From NCBI GenBank assembly GCA_038087875.1, contig CM075989.1:1922001-1986000 (forward strand): a DNA stretch of 64,000 bases, read 5' to 3'. The translations under genes were made by a program, and so were the position numbers. The notes under the pieces were generated by a model. It was not told the DNA's origin, ran no database searches, and saw only the letters and a list, made by a program, of their open reading frames with translations. Shown piece by piece: positions 13,358 to 26,254 of this stretch (its first letter is position 1; every line of letters begins with the position of its first letter). The DNA is from Malacoraja senta (taxonomy: Eukaryota).

Positions 13358-15744
13358 ATTTTACTGATTGTATGCTTCCATTCTCGCCTTCCCCTCAGCG
13401 AACAATGAACCATTCTACATTTCCTTATCATCGTCAGTTTTGACCTGTAGTTTTCAGTCCTTACCCTTCCATATCTCTAGACTCCCTCTCCCCTGACTCT
13501 CAGTCTGAAGAAGGGACTCGACCCAAATCGTCGCCGATTCCTTCTCTTCAGAGATGCTGCCTGACCCGCTGAGTTACTCCAGCATTTTGGTAGAATCGTA
13601 GAGCCTATCGTAAAGCCTAACGTTCACTGTAGCACTGAATCGAGCAGAAGATGCCTGGTGATTCCTCTGGAGCCTTGAGCCCCCCACCCCCCATCTCAGC
13701 TGCAATGGTTTCACTGTTGAAGAGAAGCAACCTTGAAACTAGCTGCCATAAAGTGGCTGCATCTGAAACTCTTCAGCACGTCCTATATTAGCTGAAGTAA
13801 TGCTCTGTTTGACAGCGACATTGCAATGACACCAGGAAATGATCATCAAGAGACTTTAATTGTAACATAAGATTTGAAATAATGTAACGCTTCATGAATT
13901 TTCAGACTTTTTGTAAGTATTCTGTAATTGTCAAAGCCTTGTTACGGTCTTAATCTCTTTTCTGTTGCTCTATCATATTGCATTGGTAGGGAACATGGAA
14001 CTGCATCCTAAAGTGAGCAAGCACCAATAACATGCCCAGCATCCTGTAGTGTTCAGTACAAACTGCACCTGCATGCTGCTTCAGTCTGCCTCTTTGGACC
14101 AGCTCCAGATACAATCATGAGCTCAATCCTCCACCTTCTCTCTTCACACACAGCTTTTTATCTTTGTATTAATACCTTGCAGTAAAACACCAATATTTAC
14201 CAAACATCAGTGGACATGCAGAATTAAATTATTAGAAGCCTAATGGCAAGTTTCCTCTTTATCTCCAGAGGGAAGATGCGCCTCATCGTTAACGTGTAGG
14301 AAGGAACTGCAGATGCTGGTTTACACCGAAGAAAGACACAAAGTGCTGGAGTAACTCAGCAGGACAGGCAGCATCTCTGGAGAAAAAAGAATATGTGATG
14401 TTTTGGGTCAGGACCTTTCTTCAGGTAATCTTACCCATGTTCTCCAGAGATGCTGCCAGACCCGCTGATTCACTCCAGCACTTTATGTCCTTCTTTGTTA
14501 TTTTAAACACAAGTTGTGAGTGTTGTAAGCTTGGCCAGAATTTATTACCCATTCCTAATTGTTCCTGCGCAGAGAGGTTTACTGGAGCATTTCTGAAGAT
14601 TTACTGAAGATGGTTAAATCCATCTACAGTATATTGCTATGGTGACGGAAGGAACTGCAGATGCTGGTTTACACTGAAGATAGACATAAAATGCCGGTGT
14701 AACTCAGCAGGCCAGGCAGCATCTCTGGAGAGAAGGAATGGGTGACATTTCGGGTCGAGACCCTTCTGATTTGGAGTTGTGTATAGGTCAGACTCAGTAA
14801 AGAAAACTGCTTTCTTTATCGAAAGGATATCAACACAATTCAGTCAGTTTGTCTTTATCATTACTGGGATGAACTTTATTCAATAATGTCAGGTTTATTT
14901 CTTTAAGTATCCCAGTAGCCACGATCTCCGCATCACTATCCCAGATTACTGAGGTTTAATTCAGTAAGAGGACCACTGCAGAGATAAAGGATTGACAGCT
15001 GATAGCTAATTAGAGAGACTAAAGACATCAAAGTGGCAGAAGATCGATATTAGGGACGTAGAAAGCTTCTGTTGGATAGACAGAAGATTACGTCAGGGAG
15101 ACAGCAGGAGCAGATACAGAACTCAGTCTACATCTTGGACTCCACCATGTTAATGGCACTGTGGACCAGAAGCAGTGCCGTCGTCACTAGTGCGAAGGAA
15201 TAACAATAACAGCCAGTGCTTGGTCTTTATCAAATCCAAGCCGAGCTCCATTTATACCATTAATAACCTCTCGATGTCTCCATAGTGGGTCACGTTCATC
15301 GTTCTGTTCACAAGGTTGAGACACAGACTGAAAATCGGTTAGCTGGAAGGTGATGAGCAAACTCCGACCCCACAGTGAGGCCAGACTCCCTTTATATCAC
15401 ACAGATGATATAAAGGGCCCTGCTCTCATTGTAGACCTGCCTGAATGTACAGAGCCCACAGTGTTCACAGCACATGTCTGCATAGATGAATCTTGCGCAA
15501 GTGATATTATGGTGCGCAATGAGCGACCTCTGCCCACTTGTGTATTATACATGTGGATGTGCTGGAGCACAATTTCTAAAGGCGGTTCCATAGTTCCAAT
15601 CTCCAATTGTTCCATGATCATGTTTCTGACAACATCCCAATAAGTACCACAGGCGAAGGATGCGTTAAGAGTTTCAACCATCACCTTTATGTTCCAATGA
15701 TTTGTCAGTAACTTCAAATTCTGCTGCCAAGCTGCACACTGGTC

Positions 15745-16133
15745 AAGGAAGCACATCAGTGCAGTTACTTTCTTAGGCCTCTGAGAAGATTCGACATGTC
15801 CACAAGGGTTCTCTCAAACTTCTGCAGGTGTGCCATAGAAAGTGTTCTGATGGAATACATCTCAGGCAGGTACGGCAACGGCTCTGCTCTTGGCCGCCTG
15901 AGTGTGCAGAGAGTGGTGAACACAGACCAGCCTATCACAGGCTCGGCACCTCCTTCCATCCAGTCCATCTTCATGGTGCCTTGCATCAGTAAAGCTGGAA
16001 GAATGGGCAGCGATGACTGCCACCCTGGCCATTCCTGTTTGTCTCTTCTACCTCTTGGAAAAGATACAGGAGCTTGAAAAGCCCAGAGGTCTCGACTTAA
16101 GAACCACTTCTTCCCCGCTGCTATCAGGCTGCT
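15745..16133 (+). mobile_element. Rex1/Babar-like LINE fragment
   Basis: Translates LSNFCRCAIESVL...WYG-like...HPGHSCLSLLPLGK. Confidence 0.7.
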
Positions 16134-16324
16134 AGCCCCATAGCAGAAGTGTCCACGTCGCGGGGCTGGAAACTGGAAGTATCCCGAGTTAATTCTGCTA
16201 CCACCGTCATGTACTGCGACAAGTGATGGCTTCCACTGATTGTCGCCGGAAGCTTGCGTCCTTTTCCGGACGGACGATGACAGCGAGGTCAACATTTGTA
16301 ACAAGATGGACATGAAAAGACAAG
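16134..16324 (+). mobile_element. 5'-truncated non-LTR retroposon 3' end (possibly RTE-type), copy 1
   Basis: 11-bp TSD atcaggctgct at 16123-16133 and 16325-16335. Homologous to 45356-45508 on the opposite strand. Confidence 0.75.
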
Positions 16325-16589
16325 ATCAGGCTGCTGAACCAATCACACTTTCACACCTCCTTTCTGCAAGTGTCCTCATTTCTTTCTTTACCTCATTCTG
16401 AAGATAGATACAAAATGCTGGAGTAACTCCATGTAATCAAGCGGGACAGGCAGCATCTCTGGAGAGAAGGAATGGGTGACGTTGCAGGTTGTGACCCTTC
16501 TTTGACTCTCTACCTCATTCTGTTATTTTGTTACCGATTTTCAATATTTTTTTCACTACAATCTTGAATTGTTCTGCTGTTTTGCCCTC

Positions 16590-17170
16590 CTCATTTAAGA
16601 GATTTGGCATGTCTACAAACACACTGGCAAAGTTTACAAATGCACTGTGGAATGTACTCTTACTGGCTGCATCATGGCCTGGTTGGGCAATTCCGATGTA
16701 CAAGAACACAAGAGGCTGCAGTAAGTGGTGGACTTATCACAGGCACAACCCTCCCCTCCATTGGTGTTATCTACATGAGGCGCTGTCTGAAGAAGGCAAC
16801 ATCTATCATCGAGGATTCCCACCATCCTGGCCGTGCCCTCTACTCACCAGGCAGAGGGTACAGAAGGCTGAAGGTACCCACAACCAGAGAGCAGTCCTTA
16901 ACTACTATCTACCTCATTGGTGACCCTTGGACTGACTATCTTTCATCGGACTTTACTGGCTTTACCTTGCACTAAACGTTATTCCCTTATCATGTATCTG
17001 TACACTGTAAATGGTTCAATTGTAATCATGTATTATCTTTCCACTGACTGGTTAGCACACAACAAAAGCTTTCCACTGTACCTCGGTACACGTGACAATA
17101 GACTAAACAGACTAAGGTCCACATACTAGGTTCAGGAACAGCTATTTGCTTCTTGAACCAACCTGCACAC
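16590..17170 (+). mobile_element. Rex1/Babar-like LINE fragment with a nested short retroposon (~16885-17117)
   Basis: Translates YMRRCLKKATSIIEDSHHPG. The nested piece ends cctcggtacacgtgacaatagactaaac. Confidence 0.6.
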
Positions 17171-18734
17171 TCTAATCCCAAAGATAAGACACTAAATGTT
17201 GGAGTAACTAACGTGTCAGGCAGCGTCTCTGGAGAAACGGAATCTCTTTTGTTTGTTTGTTTCTTTTTCTTTTTTTTTTCATTTTGGGTCGAGACCCTTC
17301 TTCAGACTGAGAGTCGGGGGAGAGGGAATCTAGAGGTAGTCCTACCTCAATAACCGGACCATAAACCTCACTTGCACTACGATGGAGTTTTGTTTTCGCA
17401 CTGTCTTGTTTTTGAGAATTTTACATGTGATTTATATATCATTTGTTTTTCTGTGTTGTTTGAGTCCACGTGCCTGTAAAGCAAGACGTTTCATTGTACC
17501 CTGTACCTCACTGGAACTGTGCATCTGATCATAAACTCAACTGCAACTTATTACTACTCTACTCTTTACACTGTGAGCATCTATACACTCATCATAGAGT
17601 CATGGAGCCCCAACTTGCCCACACCTGCCAACATGTCCCACCTCCACTAGTCCCACCTGCCCGAGCTTGACCCATATCCCTCCAATCCTGTCCTATCCAT
17701 GTATGGTAAATGTTTCATAAACGTTGCAATGGTACCTGCCTCAACGACCTCCTTTGGCAGCTCGTTCCATACACCCACCACCCTTTATATGAAAAAGACA
17801 ATATCTGGTGTATATAACAATAACCTAATCTGAACCTGAGTCTTAATCTGAATCGGAACCACCAACCCTAAGATGTGTTAGATCGATATAAATTTAGGTT
17901 CCTGGTTGGATATTGTCAGGAGAATTGAACAGTTTTATCATGAATTACCTTGTATTTCTCAGAATTAAAGTCCATCTGCCATCCTTGCCTAGTTACTTTA
18001 TGTATTTACAATCCTGAAATTAAATAAATTTGCTTAATATGATCTCCATGAATGCAATTAATCTCCATGAGACTGTTTATTTGGCCAGATGGGGTAGCGT
18101 CAACAGCAAATGATGTAATATTTCAAATCTTCCTCTCCTAATAACGTGTGCGTATCTGAACCAACAGTGACCTGAACACTCCACTTCAGAACTCCGCTCG
18201 TCAGAACTTTCCCTAATTGTTATCAACTTGCGTTTCCTATTCCCCAATCAGTTTTCAGCTCAGTTAACTAATTCGCCAATATTTCCATGAACTTTGATTA
18301 CTGCTAAAAGCCTTGCGTGTGGAACATAATTAAACTGATACTGCAAATCCAATTAAATTATAGCCACTAGATATCGCTGATCCATTAATCTAGTTAACTC
18401 TTCCAGAGTTCTTTTACCAGAGATTCCAGGCAGAGCATTTTGCACTCCCAAGCCATGCTAAGTTCATCAATATGTTTCTCACTCCAGATACTGGCTTCAT
18501 TGGTCTATTTCCTCCTCTGTGATATTACTATTCCTGTACACCGTGTGCTCCAAACTTCTCACCAGCTTCTCACCGCTGCCCAAGCTTCCCTGACGTCCAC
18601 GACTTCTAGTTTGAATACCATTCAAATGTACCTTTAACAAATGTCTTTCAGATGTCCAACAATCTGGAGCATTTACTAAAACTTGGCACTGCCTTGAATC
18701 TGCCTTGAATCTTGGAGATTGATCAGGCAGGATC

Positions 18735-19056
18735 TTTTTAGTTTAGTTTAGTTTAGAGATACAGTGCAGAAACATGCCCTTCGGCCCAACGAGTCCACAC
18801 CGACCAGCGATCCCCGCACACTAACACTACACCTTGTGTGCACACTAGGGACAATTTACAATTTTGCCAAGCCAATTAACCTACAAACCTGTACGTCTTT
18901 GGAGTGTGAGGGGAAACTGGAGCACCCGGAGAAAACCCACACAGGTATTGGAGAGAACGCACAAATTCCATACAGACAGCACCCGTAGTCAGGATTGAAC
19001 CAGGGTCTCTGGTGCTGTAAGGCAGCAACTCTACCGCTGCGCCACCGTGCTGCCGC
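18735..19056 (-). mobile_element. HE1-type tRNA-derived V-SINE
   Basis: A box (GGTGGCGCAGCGGT), B box (GGTTCAATCC), V-domain, CR1-like tail gggccgaagggc and (CTAAA)n. Confidence 0.85.
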
Positions 19057-22000
19057 ACATTCTTTGCCACCTTTATGGAATTGAAGATGAATGTGCCCAA
19101 GCTTGTTGTGGTATATTTTTGAACAAGCAATTAAAAAGGCAAACGAAGAAGGTTTCTGCCCCAAAATGTCACTTATCCATGTCCTCCAGAGATGCTGCTT
19201 GACCCACTGAGTTACTGCAGCATTTTGTCTTCCTTGCAAACTTACAGCATCTGCAGTTCTTTGCATCTCCAATAAGGCAAATGGTATTTTATCCTTTATT
19301 GCGAGGGGACCCAAATATATGAGGTGCTTTGCTCCATTTATATAGGACTTTGGTAGGACTAATTGCGCACTTGTCTGGCTTAAGAAAGGACATCATTATG
19401 GATAGACGAATGCAATGTAGGTTTGCCAGCTTGATTGTGCAATGGTGGGTTTGTTATATGAGAGGACATGCATGCGGGACCGGTATTCTTTTGATTTGAG
19501 AAGAAACATACAAAATTGGCTGGACTGGGCTATTGTTCCTTATTTAGATATCATAAACAAAGGGTCACAGTCTCAAAACTGGTCCCTCAGAACTGAGATG
19601 GGAAGAAATGTCTTCACTCAGGGGTGGTTGCTATTTGGAAGTCTCTACCATAGGGAGTGCTTCATCTCCCTCACTCTTTTTCTCTCTTGCTCACATCTCT
19701 CAGAGCTCCAAGGCTCCTTTGTGGTAAGGTGGCATGTGGGATTACACCAGCAGTTCTTTATTCATTCATGCTTTATAGATGTTGCTGCTGAGCCTGTAGT
19801 TATTGTCAATCCCTATTTTCTTTAGACCCTAAGTCCCAGATATAACCTTTAACTTAGGGCCCTCACTAAAATCCTACACATACGTAACTTTTTTGCATAT
19901 CTTTCATTCATAGTTCTTTATCTCTCCATATCACCATCTATATCTCTCGTTTCCCTTATCCCTAACCAGTCTGAAGAATGGTCTTGACTCGAAACATCAC
20001 CCATTCCTTCTCTCCAGAGATGCTGCCTGTCCCGCTGAGTTACTCCAGCTTTTTGTGTCTGTCCTACACATAGAACTTAGTTTGAGTTGAGTTGAGTTGA
20101 GTTTAGTTTATTGTCACCTGCACCAAGGTACAGTGAAAAGCTCTTGTTACCTATGTGTCCCACCTCCCATCCCCAGCTCTGAGAGTCGAGGAGAACTGCA
20201 CACTTCCACGTAACCCTGAAGTTCATACTCCAGTTCTACGCCTAGAAGTATAGACTTGATGTTTTCCTAACGTGTACATCAAATATAATGAAAGCAAGCA
20301 AAAGAGTTTGGATTCCCTGTTATCACTGGATGAGCTGACAATGGCCACTCGTTCCTTCAAAGCATATAAACCTCCTTGCAATTGCTTCGCATAGATGGTG
20401 GTGTGCATGTAGAATGAGCTGCCAGAGGAGACTATTGAGGCAAGGGCGATGAGGACGTCTGACAAACATATAGGCTAGTACACGGATAGAAATGTTTCAG
20501 AGGGACATGGCCAAATGCAAGCAAATGGTACTAGCTCAGCGATGAAAGCTGATCAGCGTGGACAAGTTAGGTCGAAGGGCTTGTTTCCTTGCAGCATGAT
20601 TCTACCAGTGTCTGGGGCGATTAATCTGACGCACACACACAGCTGGAGTCACAAAAAACTGCAGATGCTGGAATCTTCAGTAAGTGCTGGAGGAACTCAG
20701 TGGGATAGGCAGCATTTGTGGAGGAAATGATGAAGGGTCCTGATCTGAAACATCATCTGTCCATTCCATCCACAGATGCTGCCTGACCCGCTAAGTTCCT
20801 CCAGCACCTTTAGTTGTGACACACACAGAGCTGATCGTTCCTCCATGTTTAGATGGAGTGGAATAGAATGGATAACGGAACCAGGCCATTTGGTTCAAAT
20901 ATATTCCACACAAGCACCCTCCTTCCCATTCATCTACAACCTACACCCATATTAATTCTCCCATCAGAGCCTCATAACAAGGTCTAGCAGAGTTTAAACT
21001 ATTCTGAGCAGGGTTACTGGGCTTGTCGAGAGGGGGCTGGTGGAAAGGCGAATGTACAGTTTGTACACTTGCTGGCTTTGGAAGGGCACCAATGTACATC
21101 CTCCGTGTTACCAGGTGTTCACAGGTACATGAGTGTGTAACTGAAGATAGGGACAAAATGCTGAGTAAGTCAGCAGGACAGGCAGCATCTCTGGAGAGAA
21201 GGAATAGGTTGCAGGTCGAGACCCTTCTTCAGACTAGAGTCATGGGAAAGGGAAACGAGTGATATAGACGGCGATGTAGAGAGAGATATAGAACAAATGA
21301 AGGAAAGATATGCAAAAAAGTAACGATGATAAAGGAAATAGGCCATTGGTAGCTACTTGCTAGAGGAGAACGAGAAGCTGGGTTGGGGAGGGACGGAGAG
21401 AGAGGGAGTGCAGGGGTTACTTGAAGTTAGAAAAATCAATATTCATACCCCTGGGTTGTAAGATGTTCAAGAAGGAACTGCAGATGCTGGAAAATCGGAG
21501 GTAAAATTGCTGAAGAAACTCAGCGGGTGCGGCAGCATCTAGATGCTGCCGCACCCGCTGAGTTTCTCCAGCAATTTTGTCTACCTCTGGGTTGTAAGCT
21601 GCCCAAGCGAAATATGAGGTTGCTGTTCCTCCAAATGGTGTTTAGCCCCACTCTGACAATGGAGGAGGCCTGGGACAGAAAGGTCGGTGTGGGAACGGGA
21701 AGGAGAATTAAAGTGTTTGGCAACCGGGAGATCAGGTAGGTTCAGGTGTGCATTTGGGCGCGTGTAATCTCTCCTCCTTGTCCCACTCCGCCCGTGCCTC
21801 TGGGAATGTGCATCACAGGACCCGGCCAGATGGTCAAGTGGCAGCTCTTCATGCAAGGAACGCTCGGCCAGACGCTGAAACTCTCCTGCATTAATATTCA
21901 TCATTATCACAGGAATGACCCTTGCTGTCCTGGACCTGCTGCAATTACTGTTCACAGGTAGCATCTTCACCTGTAACATCTGAAGGGCAATTAGTCAACA

Positions 22001-22110
22001 AGCTTCCTACTTAAGCATTTTCTGTTGGATCATTAGCGAGACATTGCAAAGGAAAATGTTACAATCACTGGCGGCATGGTGGTGCTGCGGTAGAGTTGCT
22101 GTCTCACAGG

Positions 22111-22823
22111 CGGGGGCGGAAAACCCAGGGGGGCCAGAGGGGACACGTCCCCTCCATGTTTTGAGAGGTGGGGGGACATCCCCCCCAAGTTTTTGTAATC
22201 CGGATTTTAAAATCCGGTGATCGAGGGCGGCGATTGGAGGAGAGAGACGTCGGTCAGCAGGCAATGGGGGCGGGACATGATTCAGCACGATGATTGGTGG
22301 AGGGAGGAGTGGGGGGTGGGACTGAGGATAGAGCGCGGTGATTGGAGGAGGGAGACGTGGCATAGACCTGCGCTTCATCCGCAGGCAGGATCGATCCCGG
22401 CCGGGTGTCCGGAGCTGTCCCGTCTCCACCCGTGTGCCCCTCCTGGTGTCCACCCGTGGTGGCCAGAGAGGTCGGCAGCAAAGATCCTCTGCTATAGGAT
22501 CTTTGGTCGGCAGTCAGACGGGCCAGCGCAGAGAAACAGCGCTAAACCCAGCTAACTCTGCCTGTCCCGCCAGGTGAGCTTACAACCCTTCCTGGACGCG
22601 GGAAATATGGCCAGTGCGGAGAAGCAGCGCTGGTATCCCGTCAGCCCAGACAGGGCTGTAGTTAACCCGGTGAAGACAGGCAGTTGAGCTGCATTTAGCG
22701 CTGGATTGACCCTCCGAAGCCTCGCGCGCGTGTGTGTGTGTGTGAGTGGGCGCATGCGCGCGTGGCTGCCAAAAAATTGTGTCCCCCGTCCCCTCCATGT
22801 TTTGATAGCGAGTTCCGCTCTTG
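22111..22823. mobile_element. Non-autonomous hAT-type DNA transposon inserted in an HE1 SINE
   Basis: Imperfect TIRs CGGGGGCGGAA / TTCCGCTCTTG. Imperfect 8-bp TSD ctcacagg / cttacagc. The SINE is contiguous across the insert (22071-23095). Confidence 0.75.
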
Positions 22824-23137
22824 CTTACAGCGCCAGAGACCCGGGCTTGATCCTGACTGCGGGTGCTGTCTGTACGGAGTTTGTACATTCTTCTCGTGAC
22901 CTGCGTGGGTTTTCTCGGAGATCTTCGGTTTCCTCCCACACTCCAAAGACGCACAGGCTTGTAGGTTAATTGGCTTCTGTAAACATTGTAAATGACCCCT
23001 TGTGCCTGCAGGATAGTGTTAATGTGTGGGGATCGCTGGTCAGCATGGAGGGTTGAAGGGCCTGTTTCCGTGCTGTATCTCTAAACTGAACTAAACACTG
23101 AAAACAGACTCCAAATTAGTTAAAGACCTTCCACATC

Positions 23138-23172
23138 CAGTCTGAAGAAGGGTCTCGACCTGAAACGTCACC
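23138..23172 (+). ncRNA. Minimal hammerhead ribozyme motif in a 74-bp insertion
   Basis: CAGT-CTGAAGA-AGGGTCTCGACCT-GAAAC-GTC-ACC, flanked by the 12-bp duplication cttccacatcca. Confidence 0.6.
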
Positions 23173-24015
23173 TATTCCTTTTCTCCAGAGTTACTCCAGC
23201 GTTTTGTATCAATCTTCCACATCCACTAACTACGTATGTCAAATTAAAAAAAACGTGTTTTTTCTTCTAGTTTCTTTTCAGGTTTGATTTTGTTAATGGC
23301 AAGAGGGGCGAAGGACACCAAAAGCCCTCGGCTAATCTGGAGAACATCAGCAAAATGATGAGCTTCCACTTGAAACAATGGCAGGGAAACGCAAGGGACT
23401 AACGCTGCACAGTCAAACTACATCACATCTCAAAAGGAACAGCAATGAGATCTATTGTGCACTGCTGTAAAATGAAAAGTGAAATTAAACCCAAGATGAT
23501 GCAGCAGACTCACGCAACACTTCCTTGTCGAACAGATGTCAGTGCCCAGACAGTGGGCAATTGCAGGCAAACCTCACCAAACCCACAGTAATGGGACAAT
23601 ACTGCAAGTGTTGGGGAAAATGCAATCGATATTTATGCTAGGCTGCACCACAGACAAATCTAACAATTAATGTCGACAGAAATTAAATTACCTGTGTCTG
23701 CTGGTTTACACTAAACCTACAACGTTTTACTCTTCTCCCCTCATTTTTAAAGCAATTTCTACAGTTGTTTACACTAGATGCTGAAAATCAATTCTGCAAG
23801 AGACTTGTGCTGTGTTGGTGATTCAATCATTTATGCCGTGCATGAGGAATATTAATTCGCCCGGCCCCAATGAGAAACATTGGAATGGGAGTTAAAATGG
23901 AAGCATCACTTTTATTATTCATTTCCCACTCTTGCAGATATTTTAATACTTTCGGCGGCTAACTTATATGCGGCTCATGTGTGAAAATGTGGTATTTTCA
24001 TTTTAAAAGGCTAAC

Positions 24016-24322
24016 AGCACGGTGGCGCAGCGGTAGAATTGCTGCCTTACAGCTCCAGAGACCCGGGTTCGATCCTGACTACTGGTGCTTCCTGTACAGA
24101 GTTTGCACGTTCTCCCCGTGACCACGTGGGTTTTCCTCAGGTGATCCGGTTTCCTCCCACACTCCAAAGAGGTGCAGGCTTGACTGTTAATTGACTTTGG
24201 TAACGATTATAAATTGTTCCTAGTGTGTGTCGGATAATGTATGTGTGTGGGGATCGCTGGTCATCTTAGACTCGATGGGCTGAAGGGCCTGTTTCCGTGC
24301 TGTATCTCTAAACTATACTAAA
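24016..24322 (+). mobile_element. HE1-type V-SINE, full length
   Basis: A/B boxes, V-domain and CTAAA tail. Confidence 0.85.
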
Positions 24323-26046
24323 CAGTGTCGTTCTACTGACCTCACTGGGCCACTGACACAGTTAACAGAGGGTTACAAGCTGCGAGCTTGTATAAAAGAT
24401 TTCTTTGAGGGATCATGGTATGATCTGCTAAAGCCAGGCCAGCCTTTGTCCAAAGGTTAAACTCTTTATACAGCCACCAATGTCTGCTGATTGTCATCAC
24501 TAGCTAACCTATGACTTGAACCACAAGATAGACACAAAATGCTGGAGTAACTCAGTGGGACAGGCAGCATCACTGGAGAGAAGGACAGGGTGACGCTTCA
24601 GGTCGAGACCGAAACATCACCCTTACCTTCTCTCCAGAGATGCTGCCTGTCCCACTGAGTTACTGCAGCATCTTGCATCTATCTTCAGTGTAAACCAGCA
24701 TCTGCAGTTCCTTCCTACACTTGAATTGTTTTACTTCATTACTGCCAATATTGTCTGAACAGTGCCCGGAAATTGGTAGCAAACTGACTATAAACGTGAC
24801 TGGAAACCAATAGGAGGCTGAATGCTAAACTAACTAGCCAGTGACTAGAAGCCACAAAGAAATGGACAGAGACTGGACGCTGACCACATTATAAATGGAC
24901 TCAAAACTGATTGTAAACTGGGCAGTGGCTCAAAATAATAATATCTATAATGAAATCTATAACTTCATCTGTAATGAAAGGCATTGAGTGGATGTGGAAA
25001 GGATGTTTCCACTGGTGGGAGAGTCTGGAACCAGAGGCTTCATAATTAAAGGGCGCTCTTTTAGAAAGGAGGTGAGAAGAAACGTCTTTAGTCAGAGGCT
25101 AGTTAATCTGTGGAACTCATTGCCACAGAGGGCTGTGGAGGCCAGGTCTGTGGATATTTTTAATGCAGAGATAGACAAATTCAAGATTAGAACGGGTGTC
25201 AAGGTTTATGGGGAGAAGGCAGGAAAATGGGATTAGGAGACAGAGATCAGCCATGATTGAATGGTGGAGTAGACTCGATGGGCCGAATGGCCTAATTCTA
25301 CTCCTATAACTTATGAATTTGTGAAAACGGTCAATGACCATTTTTAAGGTGGAGATTGACAGATTCCTGATTAGTTCGTGTGTCGGGGGTTATGGGGAGG
25401 AGGCAGGAGAATGGGGTTGAGAGGGAAAGATAGATCAGCTACAATTGAATGGCGGAGTAGACAAGATGGGACTAATGGGCTATTACTACCCATTACTATT
25501 TTTGAACTTATGACAATTGGTCACAATCCTTCTGGAACTTGGACCGTGGCTGTACTTTGACCAGAAAATGATGGCTCTTGCAGCACAGGGCCCGACTTAA
25601 TGTAAGTATGTTGGGTGCATGGTAGCTAGTAACCCAGGTAGTTCCTGATCTGTCTGATTTCCCCATGCAGCGACACCTCCTCCATTCAATACCTTGGTAG
25701 AATGGTAGAAGCCATTTCTTCCACTCACTCTGAGGAGCTTTGGGGACTCACAATGAAAACACTCAGTGAAATGAATCATGGATAAACATCTATCCCACCA
25801 GACAAAGCTGCCGAAACACATTTACTTCAACACAATTATCCCTAAAACAGCATCTGCTGTACATTCTGCAATTAAATTAAAACCTATTATCTCATCTTGA
25901 ATGTTCACAATTAAAATCTTTGCGAATGTAAGGCAATAAAAAAAATTAAATTAGCAGCTCTGAAAGAAAGCCTCCAGATATCCACTGTTATCTTTAACTT
26001 GCAACGTGCCACTGCTGTGGGCCAGATTTAGGATTGATGCACCCAC

Positions 26047-26219
26047 CTGAGGAACTTGTTCAAGTCTCCGTTCTTCATGTATTCGAAGACCATGATGAGG
26101 GGGTCACCATCCACACACACTCCGTAAAACTTCACGATGTGTTCGTGCCGCAGGTTGGTGAGCAGCTCGGCCTCCCGCTGAAAGTCTTTCCGCGCTGACA
26201 CAGTGGCGTCCTTCAACGT
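26047..26219 (-). CDS. NTRK3: Trk receptor tyrosine kinase internal exon (alphaC helix to hinge), 173 nt
   Basis: Encodes [58 protein letters not shown]. Acceptor ccttgcag|ACG, donor CTCAG|gtgggt. Joins the 31332-31462 exon in phase 0. Confidence 0.93.
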
Positions 26220-26254
26220 CTGCAAGGAGGGGGTGAGGGTGAGAGGGTGTGAGT

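Noticed and set aside
21581..21979. Possible extra NTRK3 exon after a ttacag acceptor
   Set aside because: In the phase set by the 26047 exon it hits TGA immediately, has no Trk similarity and runs into Penelope sequence.
24016..24090. tRNA-like sequence with A and B boxes
   Set aside because: It is the head of an HE1-type SINE, continuing into the V-domain and LINE tail; not a tRNA gene.
1..26046. Next NTRK3 exon (AHGPDA...HRDLATRN...DFG)
   Set aside because: Not found in any frame; it presumably lies beyond position 1.
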